Source: an uncultured bacterium (lineage in GTDB: Bacteria > Zhuqueibacterota > QNDG01 > DTFT01). From it: a DNA stretch of 45,388 bases. Location: positions 1 through 45,388 of the forward strand of contig CAZNXX010000003.1 of NCBI GenBank assembly GCA_964577095.1, given 5' to 3'. The position numbers and the translations under genes were made by a program. The notes under the pieces are model-generated. The model saw nothing but the letters and a program-made list of their open reading frames with translations, made no database searches and had not been told where the DNA came from. Positions 1 through 8,456 of this stretch are shown here, piece by piece; position 1 is the stretch's first letter; each line of letters starts with the position of its first letter.

Positions 1-416
1 CGGAGCATCTGGATTTCGTCGCGGTGCACACCTACCCGATGTGGGGCGGATCGGATATCGACAGCGCCATGATCCACACTGTCCGCCACGTGGAAAGCGT
101 CCAAAAGGCGCTTCCGGGAAAGACGCTCGTCATCGGCGAGGCGGGCTGGGCCACCTACACCGTCGGCCCCGCGCACGCGCCGAAAGCCGGGGACGAAGAC
201 AAGCAGGAGCGGTATTTCAGGGAACTGCACGCATGGGCGAAGGCGAACGGGATCAACGTGTTCTATTTCGAGGCGTTCGACGAGCCCTGGAAGGGCGCGG
301 GCACCGAGGGGCACTGGGGCCTGTTTTCGGAGGGACGGAAGGCCAAGAAGGCGATGCGGGGGTGGTATCCGGAGAGGGTCACGGACGAGCCGACGTCGCC
401 ATGCTATGAAATGTAG
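1..416 (+). CDS. Glycoside hydrolase family 17-like protein, C-terminal fragment (5' end outside window)
   Basis: The frame of ORF 24..416 stays open to the window edge (..EHLDFVAVHTYPMWGG..). Motifs VIGEAGWAT and FYFEAFDEPWKG..EGHWGLF resemble the GH17 nucleophile and C-terminal signatures. TAG stop at 414-416. Confidence 0.6.
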   Translation, partial: EHLDFVAVHTYPMWGGSDIDSAMIHTVRHVESVQKALPGKTLVIGEAGWATYTVGPAHAPKAGDEDKQERYFRELHAWAKANGINVFYFEAFDEPWKGAGTEGHWGLFSEGRKAKKAMRGWYPERVTDEPTSPCYEM

Positions 417-456
417 GTCCGAAATGCCGAGCCCCGCAGGGGCGAGGCTTTCGGAC
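413..456 (+). repeat. REP unit, type A (GTAGGTCCGAAATGCCGAGCCCCGCAGGGGCGAGGCTTTCGGAC)
   Basis: 5' GTAG tail plus an imperfect palindrome GTCCGAAA..TTTCGGAC. It overlaps the stop codon of the upstream gene and is near-identical to 15791-15838. Confidence 0.8.
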
Positions 457-473
457 ATATCCCGGTAATAAAT

Positions 474-511
474 GTCCGATAGCCTCGCTCCGCTCGGCAT
501 ATCGGACCTAC
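474..511 (-). repeat. REP unit, type B, inverted orientation (reverse complement starts GTAGGTCCGATATGCCGAGCG..)
   Basis: GTCCGATA..TATCGGACCTAC palindrome. It forms a head-to-head pair with 413-456 (REPIN-like) and is near-identical to 1138-1175. Confidence 0.8.
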
Positions 512-543
512 AAAGAGGATCATTTTATAAAAAGTAGGATTTT

Positions 544-586
544 GTAGGTCCGAAATAGCCCGCGCTTTCCAGCGGGCCTTTCGGGC
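544..586 (+). repeat. REP unit, degenerate type A
   Basis: GTAGGTCCGAAATAGCCCGCGCTTTCCAGCGGGCCTTTCGGGC. Same GTAGGTCCGAAAT head with a different inner hairpin. Confidence 0.65.
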
Positions 587-622
587 GAACGGGACGAGGT
601 TTCCGGACAACTCAAAAACGTT

Positions 623-1132
623 ATGGATATCCGCCGTTACCATATGCCTGGGGCGGTCTATTTCACAACATGCGTCAACTTCGAGCGACGACCGATATTC
701 TCAAATACAGACAGCGCATCCCTCCTGATGGATACGCTGTCCCAGGTGCGGCAAATTCACCCTCACAGACTTCATGCCTACATCATTCTTCCGGACCATT
801 TTCACTTCCTCTTAGAGCCGTTGGATTGCACGATATCAAAAATCATCCAATCTCTGCGCAGAAATTTCACGCTCAGCTACAAACGTCATCATCGAATTCG
901 AGACAACCTGACACTCGCCCAGCATCGTTTCTTCGACCATGTGATCCGAAATCAAGAAGACATGAACAGACATCTGGATTACATACATTTCAACCCGGTC
1001 AAACACGGATTGACAGACAAACCTGAGCGATGGCCCCATTCCAGTTACATGGATTTCGTGAAGCAAGGCCATTACCAGATCGGATGGGGTTGGAAGGAAA
1101 TCCCCGGCATACGCGGAATGAATCCTGAATAA
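623..1132 (+). CDS. REP-associated tyrosine transposase (RAYT, IS200/IS605 Y1 TnpA-like)
   Basis: 169 aa. HUH motif in LPDHFHFLLEP and catalytic Tyr context LDYIHFNPVKHGL..WPHSSY. Flanked by REPs. The start could instead be the ATG at 644. Confidence 0.85.
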   Translation: MDIRRYHMPGAVYFTTCVNFERRPIFSNTDSASLLMDTLSQVRQIHPHRLHAYIILPDHFHFLLEPLDCTISKIIQSLRRNFTLSYKRHHRIRDNLTLAQHRFFDHVIRNQEDMNRHLDYIHFNPVKHGLTDKPERWPHSSYMDFVKQGHYQIGWGWKEIPGIRGMNPE

Positions 1133-1137
1133 CTGAT

Positions 1138-1175
1138 GTCCGATAGCCTCGCTTCGCTCGGCATATCGGACCTAC
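1138..1175 (-). repeat. REP unit, type B, inverted orientation
   Basis: GTCCGATAGCCTCGCTTCGCTCGGCATATCGGACCTAC, differing from 474-511 by one base in the loop. It sits 6 nt after the RAYT stop. Confidence 0.8.
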
Positions 1176-1188
1176 AAAAGGATTATTT

Positions 1189-4100
1189 ATGATTAATGAA
1201 CAATCTGCTCGAAAAAAACATCCGCTGGTCCGGGGACAAAAACAATCCGTCACCGGCGGGTTCGTCACGATCGACGGCGAATCCTGGTACCGCATTTCGA
1301 ACGTCTACCGCATGCCCCCCTTTCTCGTGAGCCTGGTCAGCGGATCGGACCACTGGATGTTCATTTCGAGCAGCGGCGGCCTGACCGCGGGCCGCCGGGA
1401 TCCGGACCACGCCCTGTTCCCCTATGTGACGGACGACAAGATCCACGATTCCGCGGAAATCACCGGTTCGAAAACCATCGTCCGTGTGACATCCGAATCC
1501 CGGACCCGGGTGTGGGAGCCCTTTTCCGTGCGGACCGCAGCCGTGTTCCGGACGCAACGGAACCTGTACAAGAACGCGGCCGGCAACAAGCTGATGTTCG
1601 AGGAAATCAACCGCGATCTCGGGCTCGTGTTCCGCACCGCCTGGATGACGGGCGAACGGTTCGGCTTCATCAAGCGCTCGATCCTGGTCAATACCGGCCG
1701 GCGCGAAGCCCGCGTGGAAATCCTGGACGGCATGCGGAACCTGCTGCCGGACGGCATCCAGCGCCGGTTTCAGCTCGAATACAGCACGCTTGCCGACGGA
1801 TACAAAAAGAACGAACTGCTGGACGACACCGGGCTCGGGCTTTTCACCCTGAGCTCGGTTCCCACGGACAGGGCCGAACCGAGCGAAGCCCTTCGCGCGA
1901 CCGCGGTCTGGTGCGCGGGCCTGGTCCGGCCGAAACGCCTCCTCTCATCCCTGCAACTGGATGCCTTCAGGAACGGCCGTCCTCCGCGGACGGAAAAGGA
2001 CATCCGGGGCGTGCGGGGCGCATACTTCGCGGTGACCGGCTTTCCGCTCAAGCCGTCCATGGGACGGGAATGGTTTTTCGCTGCCGATGTCGGCCTGGAT
2101 TCGGCCGCGGTGGCGGACCTCTCCCGGACGCTCATGCGTCCCGCGGGTCTGGCCGGGGCCATACTGGAGGATGTCGCCGCCGGCACGGCCGGCCTCGAGG
2201 CCGTGGTCGCGGCCGCGGACGGCCGGCAGGCTACGGCCGACCGGCTCAGCGCGTCCAGGCACTTCTCGAACGTGCTGTTCAATGTCATGCGCGGCGGCAT
2301 CCCGGACAACGGATGCGTGATTACCGCGTCCGACTTTTGCGCATTCGTTGAGAAAGCGAACCGGCCCCTTGCCGTGGAGCACGCGGCCTGGCTCGGTTCC
2401 CTTCCGGAAACGATTCCGCACGGGGAGCTCCTCTCCCGGGCCGCGTCCGCCGGGGACGCCGATCTCGAGCGCCTGGCCTTCGAGTATCTTCCGCTCACCT
2501 TCAGCCGCAGGCACGGCGATCCCAGCAGGCCGTGGAACCTGTTTTCCATCGGCATCAAGGACCGGTTCGGCCGCAAGGTGCTGAATTACCAGGGCAACTG
2601 GCGCGACCTGTTCCAGAACTGGGAAGCGCTGGCCCGGAGTTTCCCCGGTTACGTCGAGAGCATGATCGCCAAATTCGTCGACGCCTCGACGGCCGATGGA
2701 TACAACCCCTACCGCGTCACCCGCGACGGATTCGACTGGGAGGTTCTCGACCCGGCCGACCCCTGGTCCTACATCGGGTACTGGGGCGACCACCAGATCG
2801 TCTACCTGCTCCGGCTCCTGGAATGGTCGGACCGGTATCATCCGGGTGCGCTGTCCGGCCTGCTCCGCCGCGAGTTCTTCACCTACGCGGACGTGCCCTA
2901 CCGGATCCGGCCCTACGCGGACCTGATCCGCGATCCGGCCGACACCATCCGGTTCGACGCGGAATGGGACAGGATGGTCCGGGAGCGGGTCCGGGCGGTC
3001 GGAGAGGACGGGAAGTTCCTGACGCGGCCTGACGGAACCCGGATCCGGGCCGGACTGGCCGAAAAAATGCTGGTTCCGCTTCTCGCCAAGCTGGCGAATT
3101 TCATACCCGAAGCCGGCGTCTGGATGAACACCCAGCGGCCCGAATGGAATGACGCCAACAACGCCCTGGTCGGATCGGGCGTGTCGGTGGTCACGCTGTG
3201 CCACATGCGCCGGTACCTGTCCTTTTTCCGGGACCTGCTCGACCGTTCCGGTTCGGAACCGGTTCCGCTCGCGGCCGAGGTCTCGGACTGGCTCGACGCG
3301 ACGCGGTCCGCGTTCGAATCGCTCCTATCCGGGCCGGAGGGACCGATCCCAGACGGACGGAGGCGGAAGGCGCTGGACCGATTCGGAGAAGCGGCGGGCG
3401 CATTCCGTTCGAGGCTGTACGCGGATGGCCTGTCCGGGGAAAAACGGCAGGCAAGCCCCGCGGACCTGTCCTCTTTCTGCGGCCTCGCGCTGGCCGCTGC
3501 GGACAGAACCCTCAGGGCCAACCGGAGGCCGGACGGCCTTTACCACGCCTACAACCTGATGACCGTGACGCCGGACGGCGGGATCTCGATCCGGCGGCTG
3601 TACGAGATGCTGGAGGGCCAGGTCGCGGTTCTGAGCTCCGGACTGCTCAACGCGGGGGAATGCGCGGACGTGCTGGACGCGCTCCGGTCGAGCCGCCTCT
3701 ACCGCGGGGACCAGAACAGCTACCTCCTGTATCCGGACCGCAGGCTCCCGCGTTTCACGGAAAAGAACGTCATCCCGGCGGAAGCGGTCCGGGAATCGCC
3801 GTTCCTCAGGAAATGCGCCTCGGAGAACGACCGCCGCATCGTGACGGCCGACTCAGGGGGCGTTCTGCACTTCAACGCCGATTTCCGGAACGCCGGACTC
3901 CTGCGGGACGCTCTCGAGAACCTCGAAGGACCGGGATGGCGCGAAGCGGCCGTGAATGAAACGCCCTTCCTGCTGGATCTGTATGAACGGATGTTCGACC
4001 ACAAGTCCTTCACCGGCCGTTCCGGGACGTTCTACAAATACGAGGGACTCGGCTGCATTTACTGGCACATGGTGTCCAAGCTCTGCCTGGCCGGACAGGA

Positions 4101-4656
4101 AGCGGCTCTCGAAGCCATTCGTTCCGGCGCCGATCCGGCCGTCATCCGGCGGCTGAAGAAGCGCTTCCGTGAAATACGCGAAGGCATCGGCGTGCACAAG
4201 CCGCCCGACCGGTACGGCGCTTTCCCGACGGATCCCTATTCCCACACGCCGGGATTCGCTGGCGTTCAGCAGCCCGGCATGACAGGCCAGGTGAAGGAGG
4301 ACATCCTCATCCGCCTCGCTGAACTGGGGATACGGGTCGCGGGCGGGCGTCTCGCTTTCGGAGGGGAACTGCTGGACCTCGCCGAATTCCTGAAAGCGCC
4401 GGAAGTCTTCGAATGCTTCGGAGCGGACGGGGGCGCCGAAGAGATCGAGTTGGATGCCGGAACCCTGGCTTTCACGTTCTGCCAGGTGCCGGTGATTCTG
4501 CACCGGTCGGCTGCGGAAAAAATCCGGATCAGGACGAAGGACGATCGGGAAATCGAAATCTCCGGCCTGGTTCTGGACCGGGAATGGAGCGAGGCTGTTT
4601 TCGGAAGGACAGGCGGGATCAGGAGATTGGACGTGTATTTGAAGGCTGGGACCTGA
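1189..4656 (+). CDS. Large (1155 aa) conserved protein; possible GH94-clan (GH149/GH161-like) glycoside phosphorylase
   Basis: Uninterrupted 3.47-kb ORF with an ATG start 6 nt after AAGGA. Motifs HGDPSRPWN, NYQGNWRDLFQNWEAL, WSYIGYWGDHQIVYLLRLLE and RPEWNDANNALVG (W-N-D at 3145-3153). The last recalls, from memory, the DWND general-acid motif of GH94 phosphorylases. Its neighbour is GH17-like. Confidence 0.45.
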   Translation: MINEQSARKKHPLVRGQKQSVTGGFVTIDGESWYRISNVYRMPPFLVSLVSGSDHWMFISSSGGLTAGRRDPDHALFPYVTDDKIHDSAEITGSKTIVRVTSESRTRVWEPFSVRTAAVFRTQRNLYKNAAGNKLMFEEINRDLGLVFRTAWMTGERFGFIKRSILVNTGRREARVEILDGMRNLLPDGIQRRFQLEYSTLADGYKKNELLDDTGLGLFTLSSVPTDRAEPSEALRATAVWCAGLVRPKRLLSSLQLDAFRNGRPPRTEKDIRGVRGAYFAVTGFPLKPSMGREWFFAADVGLDSAAVADLSRTLMRPAGLAGAILEDVAAGTAGLEAVVAAADGRQATADRLSASRHFSNVLFNVMRGGIPDNGCVITASDFCAFVEKANRPLAVEHAAWLGSLPETIPHGELLSRAASAGDADLERLAFEYLPLTFSRRHGDPSRPWNLFSIGIKDRFGRKVLNYQGNWRDLFQNWEALARSFPGYVESMIAKFVDASTADGYNPYRVTRDGFDWEVLDPADPWSYIGYWGDHQIVYLLRLLEWSDRYHPGALSGLLRREFFTYADVPYRIRPYADLIRDPADTIRFDAEWDRMVRERVRAVGEDGKFLTRPDGTRIRAGLAEKMLVPLLAKLANFIPEAGVWMNTQRPEWNDANNALVGSGVSVVTLCHMRRYLSFFRDLLDRSGSEPVPLAAEVSDWLDATRSAFESLLSGPEGPIPDGRRRKALDRFGEAAGAFRSRLYADGLSGEKRQASPADLSSFCGLALAAADRTLRANRRPDGLYHAYNLMTVTPDGGISIRRLYEMLEGQVAVLSSGLLNAGECADVLDALRSSRLYRGDQNSYLLYPDRRLPRFTEKNVIPAEAVRESPFLRKCASENDRRIVTADSGGVLHFNADFRNAGLLRDALENLEGPGWREAAVNETPFLLDLYERMFDHKSFTGRSGTFYKYEGLGCIYWHMVSKLCLAGQEAALEAIRSGADPAVIRRLKKRFREIREGIGVHKPPDRYGAFPTDPYSHTPGFAGVQQPGMTGQVKEDILIRLAELGIRVAGGRLAFGGELLDLAEFLKAPEVFECFGADGGAEEIELDAGTLAFTFCQVPVILHRSAAEKIRIRTKDDREIEISGLVLDREWSEAVFGRTGGIRRLDVYLKAGT

Positions 4657-4785
4657 TCTGACCCGAGTCGGCCGGATTGATTCTGCCGGATAAAGGGAAG
4701 AAGGACGGGAGCGAATTCCCATCCTTATTTAAATGCTTGTTATAATTAATCTTGGGGTTGAATCCACGGCAATTGCGGATAAGTC

Positions 4786-4830
4786 CATAAAAAAGAAAAC
4801 GGTAGGGAGACATACAGAATCGCCCTACCG
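4786..4830 (-). terminator. Rho-independent terminator-like hairpin (minus strand)
   Basis: The minus strand reads CGGTAGGG-15 nt-CCCTACCG followed by TTTTCTTTTTTA. It lies about 290 nt downstream of the deacetylase stop. Confidence 0.5.
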
Positions 4831-4915
4831 TAAAGGCTGACGGATCGGAGCGTAATTAAGCGAAATGAAAGCCGAATGTCAAGTCAAAAGGGCCTGTAAA
4901 AATAAAATTATTTTG

Positions 4916-4943
4916 TTGACATATCATATAACCGATATATAAT
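4916..4943 (+). promoter_or_regulatory. Consensus sigma70-like promoter TTGACA-N16-TATAAT
   Basis: TTGACA at 4916-4921 and TATAAT at 4938-4943 inside an AT-rich island. It points at the 3' end of the minus-strand deacetylase gene, and no plus-strand ORF follows. Confidence 0.35.
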
Positions 4944-5120
4944 CTCTACAAAAAAATCCTCCTCCTTGATCCTATGACATTTTTGTAGGTAAAATCTTCC
5001 ACATTATCGATTATTGATTGATCGGCTCGTTCCGCCTCCCCTCTCCGACCGTCTGTTCCCCGGTTCCGGATCCGCTTTCCGCGCCGCTTCAACCGCATCC
5101 CTGGCCCGAACAGCGCCGTG

Positions 5121-6212
5121 TCATTGCGTCGCGGTCACCGTGCAGGTCGATGGAACGGGCATGTCGAGCAGAATACGGGACGGGTCCGGCTCATGAACCG
5201 GAATCCTGCGGCCGTCTCCTTCGATTTCCGCGATGATCCCGCGGCCGATCCACTCCGCAGGCCGGTTCAAGGAAACACAGAGCGGAACCGGAAGGCCGAG
5301 ATCCGGTATTTTCCCTTCCAGGCGCACCTCGATGCGGTCTCCGTGCTTCACCGCCGCGGACACGACCGCATTTTGTCTCATGAGGAGATAGCTGGCCGCC
5401 TGGCCCTGGGTCGCGACCCAGAGTTCCGCTTTGCGGTCACGGACGAAGGACAGGTGCCGCCTGAACAACCCGAGGGGTATGGTCGTCGGCCCGCTCCGGT
5501 TCCGGTCCGATATGGAATGGAAATAGACGATGATCCAGCCGCGGGATGCGACCGCCTCCGTCACGGAAGCGTTCAACCGGTCGATGTCATAGGGGGGATA
5601 AACGCCGATGGCTTTCAGCGCCTGCAAATCGGTTTGTTCCGCGTCTCCCGTTTCGATGCCCTCAGTCCCGGATCGGGCCGAGAGATGGTAACGTGAGACA
5701 ACGGCCCTGCTGGTTTCATCGAGAAGCCCGAAGGGATAGCAAAAACTCGGGACCTTGCGGACGGCCGGGAGATGATTTCGGATATCCTCGATTGCGCGTT
5801 CAATCTCGCGGCTCAGGTTGTTTTCCGCCAGGTCACTGCACCGCGGGTGCGACCAGGTATGGGACGCGATCTCGTGTCCCTCTTCGGCCATCCGCCTGAG
5901 GCTGTTCCACCGTGTCACGGATCGGGTGTTGACGTAAAAGGTGCCCTTGATTCCGGCCCGGTTCAGCTCGGGCCGTGCCACGTCGAAATGGCTGTCGCGG
6001 AAGTCGTCGAATCCGACGGTATAGGCCGCGGCTTTGTCCATCGGCCACCGGCAGACGGTCACGGCAGGAGGGCCGCCGCTCAGTGGAACAGACCGGATTT
6101 GGGACGGACCGGACGGGGATTCGTCCGGACCGCAGCGGGTCAGCTGAAGAAGCAGTGCCGCGGCTGTGGAAAACCGTGTCCATGGGCGGAACGCGGCCGG
6201 CCGCCTCCTCAT
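5121..6212 (-). CDS. Polysaccharide deacetylase (NodB homology / CE4), lipoprotein
   Basis: 363 aa. Signal peptide with lipobox LTRC. NodB motifs FDDFRDSH and ASHTWSHP. About 110 aa of extra C-terminal domain. Confidence 0.8.
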   Translation of the reverse strand: MRRRPAAFRPWTRFSTAAALLLQLTRCGPDESPSGPSQIRSVPLSGGPPAVTVCRWPMDKAAAYTVGFDDFRDSHFDVARPELNRAGIKGTFYVNTRSVTRWNSLRRMAEEGHEIASHTWSHPRCSDLAENNLSREIERAIEDIRNHLPAVRKVPSFCYPFGLLDETSRAVVSRYHLSARSGTEGIETGDAEQTDLQALKAIGVYPPYDIDRLNASVTEAVASRGWIIVYFHSISDRNRSGPTTIPLGLFRRHLSFVRDRKAELWVATQGQAASYLLMRQNAVVSAAVKHGDRIEVRLEGKIPDLGLPVPLCVSLNRPAEWIGRGIIAEIEGDGRRIPVHEPDPSRILLDMPVPSTCTVTATQ

Positions 6213-6255
6213 TTCATTCCTCCCCGATCCGCCGTGTGTTCCGCGACCGGCGGAC

Positions 6256-7458
6256 TCAGCGGCGGAGGGTTTCCTTGAAGCGACGGGTCAGCTCCGGAAC
6301 GATTTCGAACAGGTCGCCGACCAGTCCGTAGGTCGCCACGTTGAAGATTGGCGCGTCCGGATTCTTGTTGATGGCGACGATGATGTCCGAGGACGACATG
6401 CCGACCAGATGCTGGATCGCGCCTGAAATGCCGCAGGCGAAGTAGATTTTGGGCTTGACCGTCTTGCCCGTCTGTCCGACCTGATGCGAATAGGGCACCC
6501 ATCCGGCGTCCACGGCCGCGCGCGACGCGCCCACCGCGCCGCCCAGCGCCTTGGCCAGTTCGCCGAGCATGGCGAAGTGCTCCGGCCCCTTCAGCCCCCG
6601 CCCCCCCGCCACGATGACGTCCGCCTCGACGATGTTCACCGTTTCCTCGAGTTCCTTGACCGTTTCCAGCACGGTCGTGCGGGCCGCAAGGTCCGCGTCC
6701 GCGACGGGCACCCGGACCAGCGTGCCGGCCGGCCGGTCCGGATCCTCGGGCGCCTCCTCCATGACCTTGTGCCGCACCGTGGCCATCTGGGGCCGATGAT
6801 GCTCGCATTTGATGGTGGCCATGATATTGCCGCCGAAAGCGGGCCGCGTCTGCAGGAGGAGCCCGGTGGATGGGTCGATTTCAAGGCCCGTGCAGTCGGC
6901 CGTGAGCCCGGTCGGCACCTGGACGGCTGTCCGCGGGATCAGCGATCGGCCGATCGAAGTGGCGCCGGTGAGCACGATTTCCGGCTTGTATTCCCGGATC
7001 ATCCGCGTCAGGAGGCGGGCGTACGGTTCATCCCGGTAGTCGCGGAGCCCGGGGTGGTCCGCCAGGTAGACCTTGTCCGCGCCGCGCCGGAACAGAAGCC
7101 CGGCCTGCTCCTCCACGCCGGAACCGATCAGCACGGCCGCGAGCTCGCATCCTCGGGCGGCCGCCAGCCCGCGGCCCGCGCCCAGGAGCTCGAACACCAC
7201 GGACTGTATCTCGCCGCCGCGCTGTTCCGCGAACACCCAGACGCCGTTGCTGTCACCGGCAGCCCCGGCAGGCCGTCCGCCGCGGTCCAGGACAATGGCC
7301 TCGACCGGGCAGGGCTCCACGCACGCGCCGCACAGGGTGCATTTGGAAAGATCGATCACGGCCAGCTTGCCCCGCATTTCAATGGCGCCGAAGGGACAGA
7401 CTTTGACGCATTTTTTACAGCCGATGCACTTGTCCTCGATCACCTGAATGGGTGCCAC
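6256..7458 (-). CDS. etfA: Electron transfer flavoprotein alpha subunit with N-terminal 2x[4Fe-4S] ferredoxin domain
   Basis: 400 aa. [12 protein letters not shown] and [12 protein letters not shown] clusters precede the EtfA fold (..[15 protein letters not shown]..). GTG start at 7458 with AGGAGA 7 nt upstream. Confidence 0.9.
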   Translation of the reverse strand: MAPIQVIEDKCIGCKKCVKVCPFGAIEMRGKLAVIDLSKCTLCGACVEPCPVEAIVLDRGGRPAGAAGDSNGVWVFAEQRGGEIQSVVFELLGAGRGLAAARGCELAAVLIGSGVEEQAGLLFRRGADKVYLADHPGLRDYRDEPYARLLTRMIREYKPEIVLTGATSIGRSLIPRTAVQVPTGLTADCTGLEIDPSTGLLLQTRPAFGGNIMATIKCEHHRPQMATVRHKVMEEAPEDPDRPAGTLVRVPVADADLAARTTVLETVKELEETVNIVEADVIVAGGRGLKGPEHFAMLGELAKALGGAVGASRAAVDAGWVPYSHQVGQTGKTVKPKIYFACGISGAIQHLVGMSSSDIIVAINKNPDAPIFNVATYGLVGDLFEIVPELTRRFKETLRR

Positions 7459-7566
7459 GGATGCTTCTCCTAGAATGAATAGTTTTCAGTCTTCAGGGAT
7501 GGAATCATACCGGAAGACGCCCCGGCGTCTTCCTTCTCAGTGCCATGCGGTTCCGGCCTTCGCGCC

Positions 7567-8358
7567 TCAGGGCCCGAACAGCTGGTCCTCGGCCGCGGCC
7601 TTCACGAAAGCCTCGACGACCTGGGCGGTTTCGCCCTCGAATTTCCGGCCGCCGGTCCGGGCCGGGGGCGTGAATATTTTGTGGACATAGGTCGGCGAGC
7701 CCTTGAGCCCGATGCGTTCGGGGTCCGAGCCCGTTTCCTGAACGGTCCAGGTGGGGATGACGGCTTTCTTCGAGGTCATGACGCCCCGAAGGGAGGGCAG
7801 GCGGGGTTCGTTGATGCCCTTGACCACGGAGATCAGGCAGGGCAGGGACGATTCCACCACGTCGAACCCGTCTTCGGTCATCCGCTCCGCGACGATTTTT
7901 TCTGCGGAAAGCTCGCGTATCGCGCGCACGAAAATGATCTGGGGAATGTCGAGCAGGGCCGCGATGCCCGGCCCCACCTGGGCAGTGTCCCCGTCCACGG
8001 CCTGCTTGCCGCACAGGATCAGGTCAAAGGCGCCGACTTTGCGGATGGCCTGGGCCAGGGTGTTCGATGTCGCGAGCGTGTCGGCCCCGGCGAAAGCGCG
8101 GTCGGACAGCAGAATGCCCTCGTCCGCGCCCACCGCGATCGCGTCGCGGAGCACTTGGACGGCCTGGGGCGGCCCCATGGTGAGCGCCGTCACCTTGCCG
8201 CCGCGCTTTTCCTTGATTCGGACCGCCTCTTCGACCGCATACGCGTCGAATGGATTGAGAACGGCCGCGACGCCCTGGCGCACCAGGGTGTTGGTCGCCG
8301 GGTCGATTTTCACGTCCGTGGTGTCCGGGACCTGCTTGACGCAGACGATGAGATTCAT
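7567..8358 (-). CDS. etfB: Electron transfer flavoprotein beta subunit
   Basis: 263 aa, MNLIVCVKQVPDTTDVKIDP.., typical EtfB. ATG preceded by GAGG. Confidence 0.9.
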   Translation of the reverse strand: MNLIVCVKQVPDTTDVKIDPATNTLVRQGVAAVLNPFDAYAVEEAVRIKEKRGGKVTALTMGPPQAVQVLRDAIAVGADEGILLSDRAFAGADTLATSNTLAQAIRKVGAFDLILCGKQAVDGDTAQVGPGIAALLDIPQIIFVRAIRELSAEKIVAERMTEDGFDVVESSLPCLISVVKGINEPRLPSLRGVMTSKKAVIPTWTVQETGSDPERIGLKGSPTYVHKIFTPPARTGGRKFEGETAQVVEAFVKAAAEDQLFGP

Positions 8359-8368
8359 GGAGACCTCA

Positions 8369-8417
8369 GTTCATAGTTCATAGTTCATGGTTCATGGTTC
8401 ATGGTTCATGGTTCATG
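8369..8417. repeat. Tandem heptamer array, 7 x GTTCAT(A/G)
   Basis: Read directly: 2 x GTTCATA then 5 x GTTCATG, head to tail, ending 10 nt from the etfB start codon. Confidence 0.95.
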
Positions 8418-8456
8418 GTCGAAAGAGAAAAGATGGTACCGTTTTCATCTGCTTTC

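Larger units (their letters stand above)
413..1175 (+). mobile_element. REP-RAYT module: a tyrosine transposase gene flanked by four cognate REP hairpins
   Basis: GTAGGTCCGA-type hairpins lie at 413-456, 474-511 (inverted), 544-586 and 1138-1175 (inverted) around ORF 623..1132. The ORF is visibly less GC-rich than its neighbours. Confidence 0.8.

Noticed and set aside
1945-3204. Long antisense and alternative-frame ORFs inside real genes, for example 1945..3204(-), 1512..2351(+), 14272..15777(-), 14382..15650(+), 22394..24229(+), 40458..41804(+), 8962..9780(+) and 19316..20023(-)
   Set aside because: Their translations are Arg/Pro/Gly/Ala-rich low-complexity strings, typical of stop-poor off-frames in GC-rich DNA. 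Each overlaps a gene with clear family motifs on the other strand or frame.
4619-4813. 64-aa ORF (minus strand) in the AT-rich island
   Set aside because: Its start codon lies inside the loop of the terminator hairpin (4811-4813). It overlaps the end of the 1155-aa gene, has no RBS, and has a low-complexity composition.
7512-7533. Hairpin GGAAGACGC-CCCG-GCGTCTTCC between etfB and etfA
   Set aside because: This is an ordinary intercistronic stem-loop in a 108-nt spacer. It has no U-tract and no repeats elsewhere in the window.
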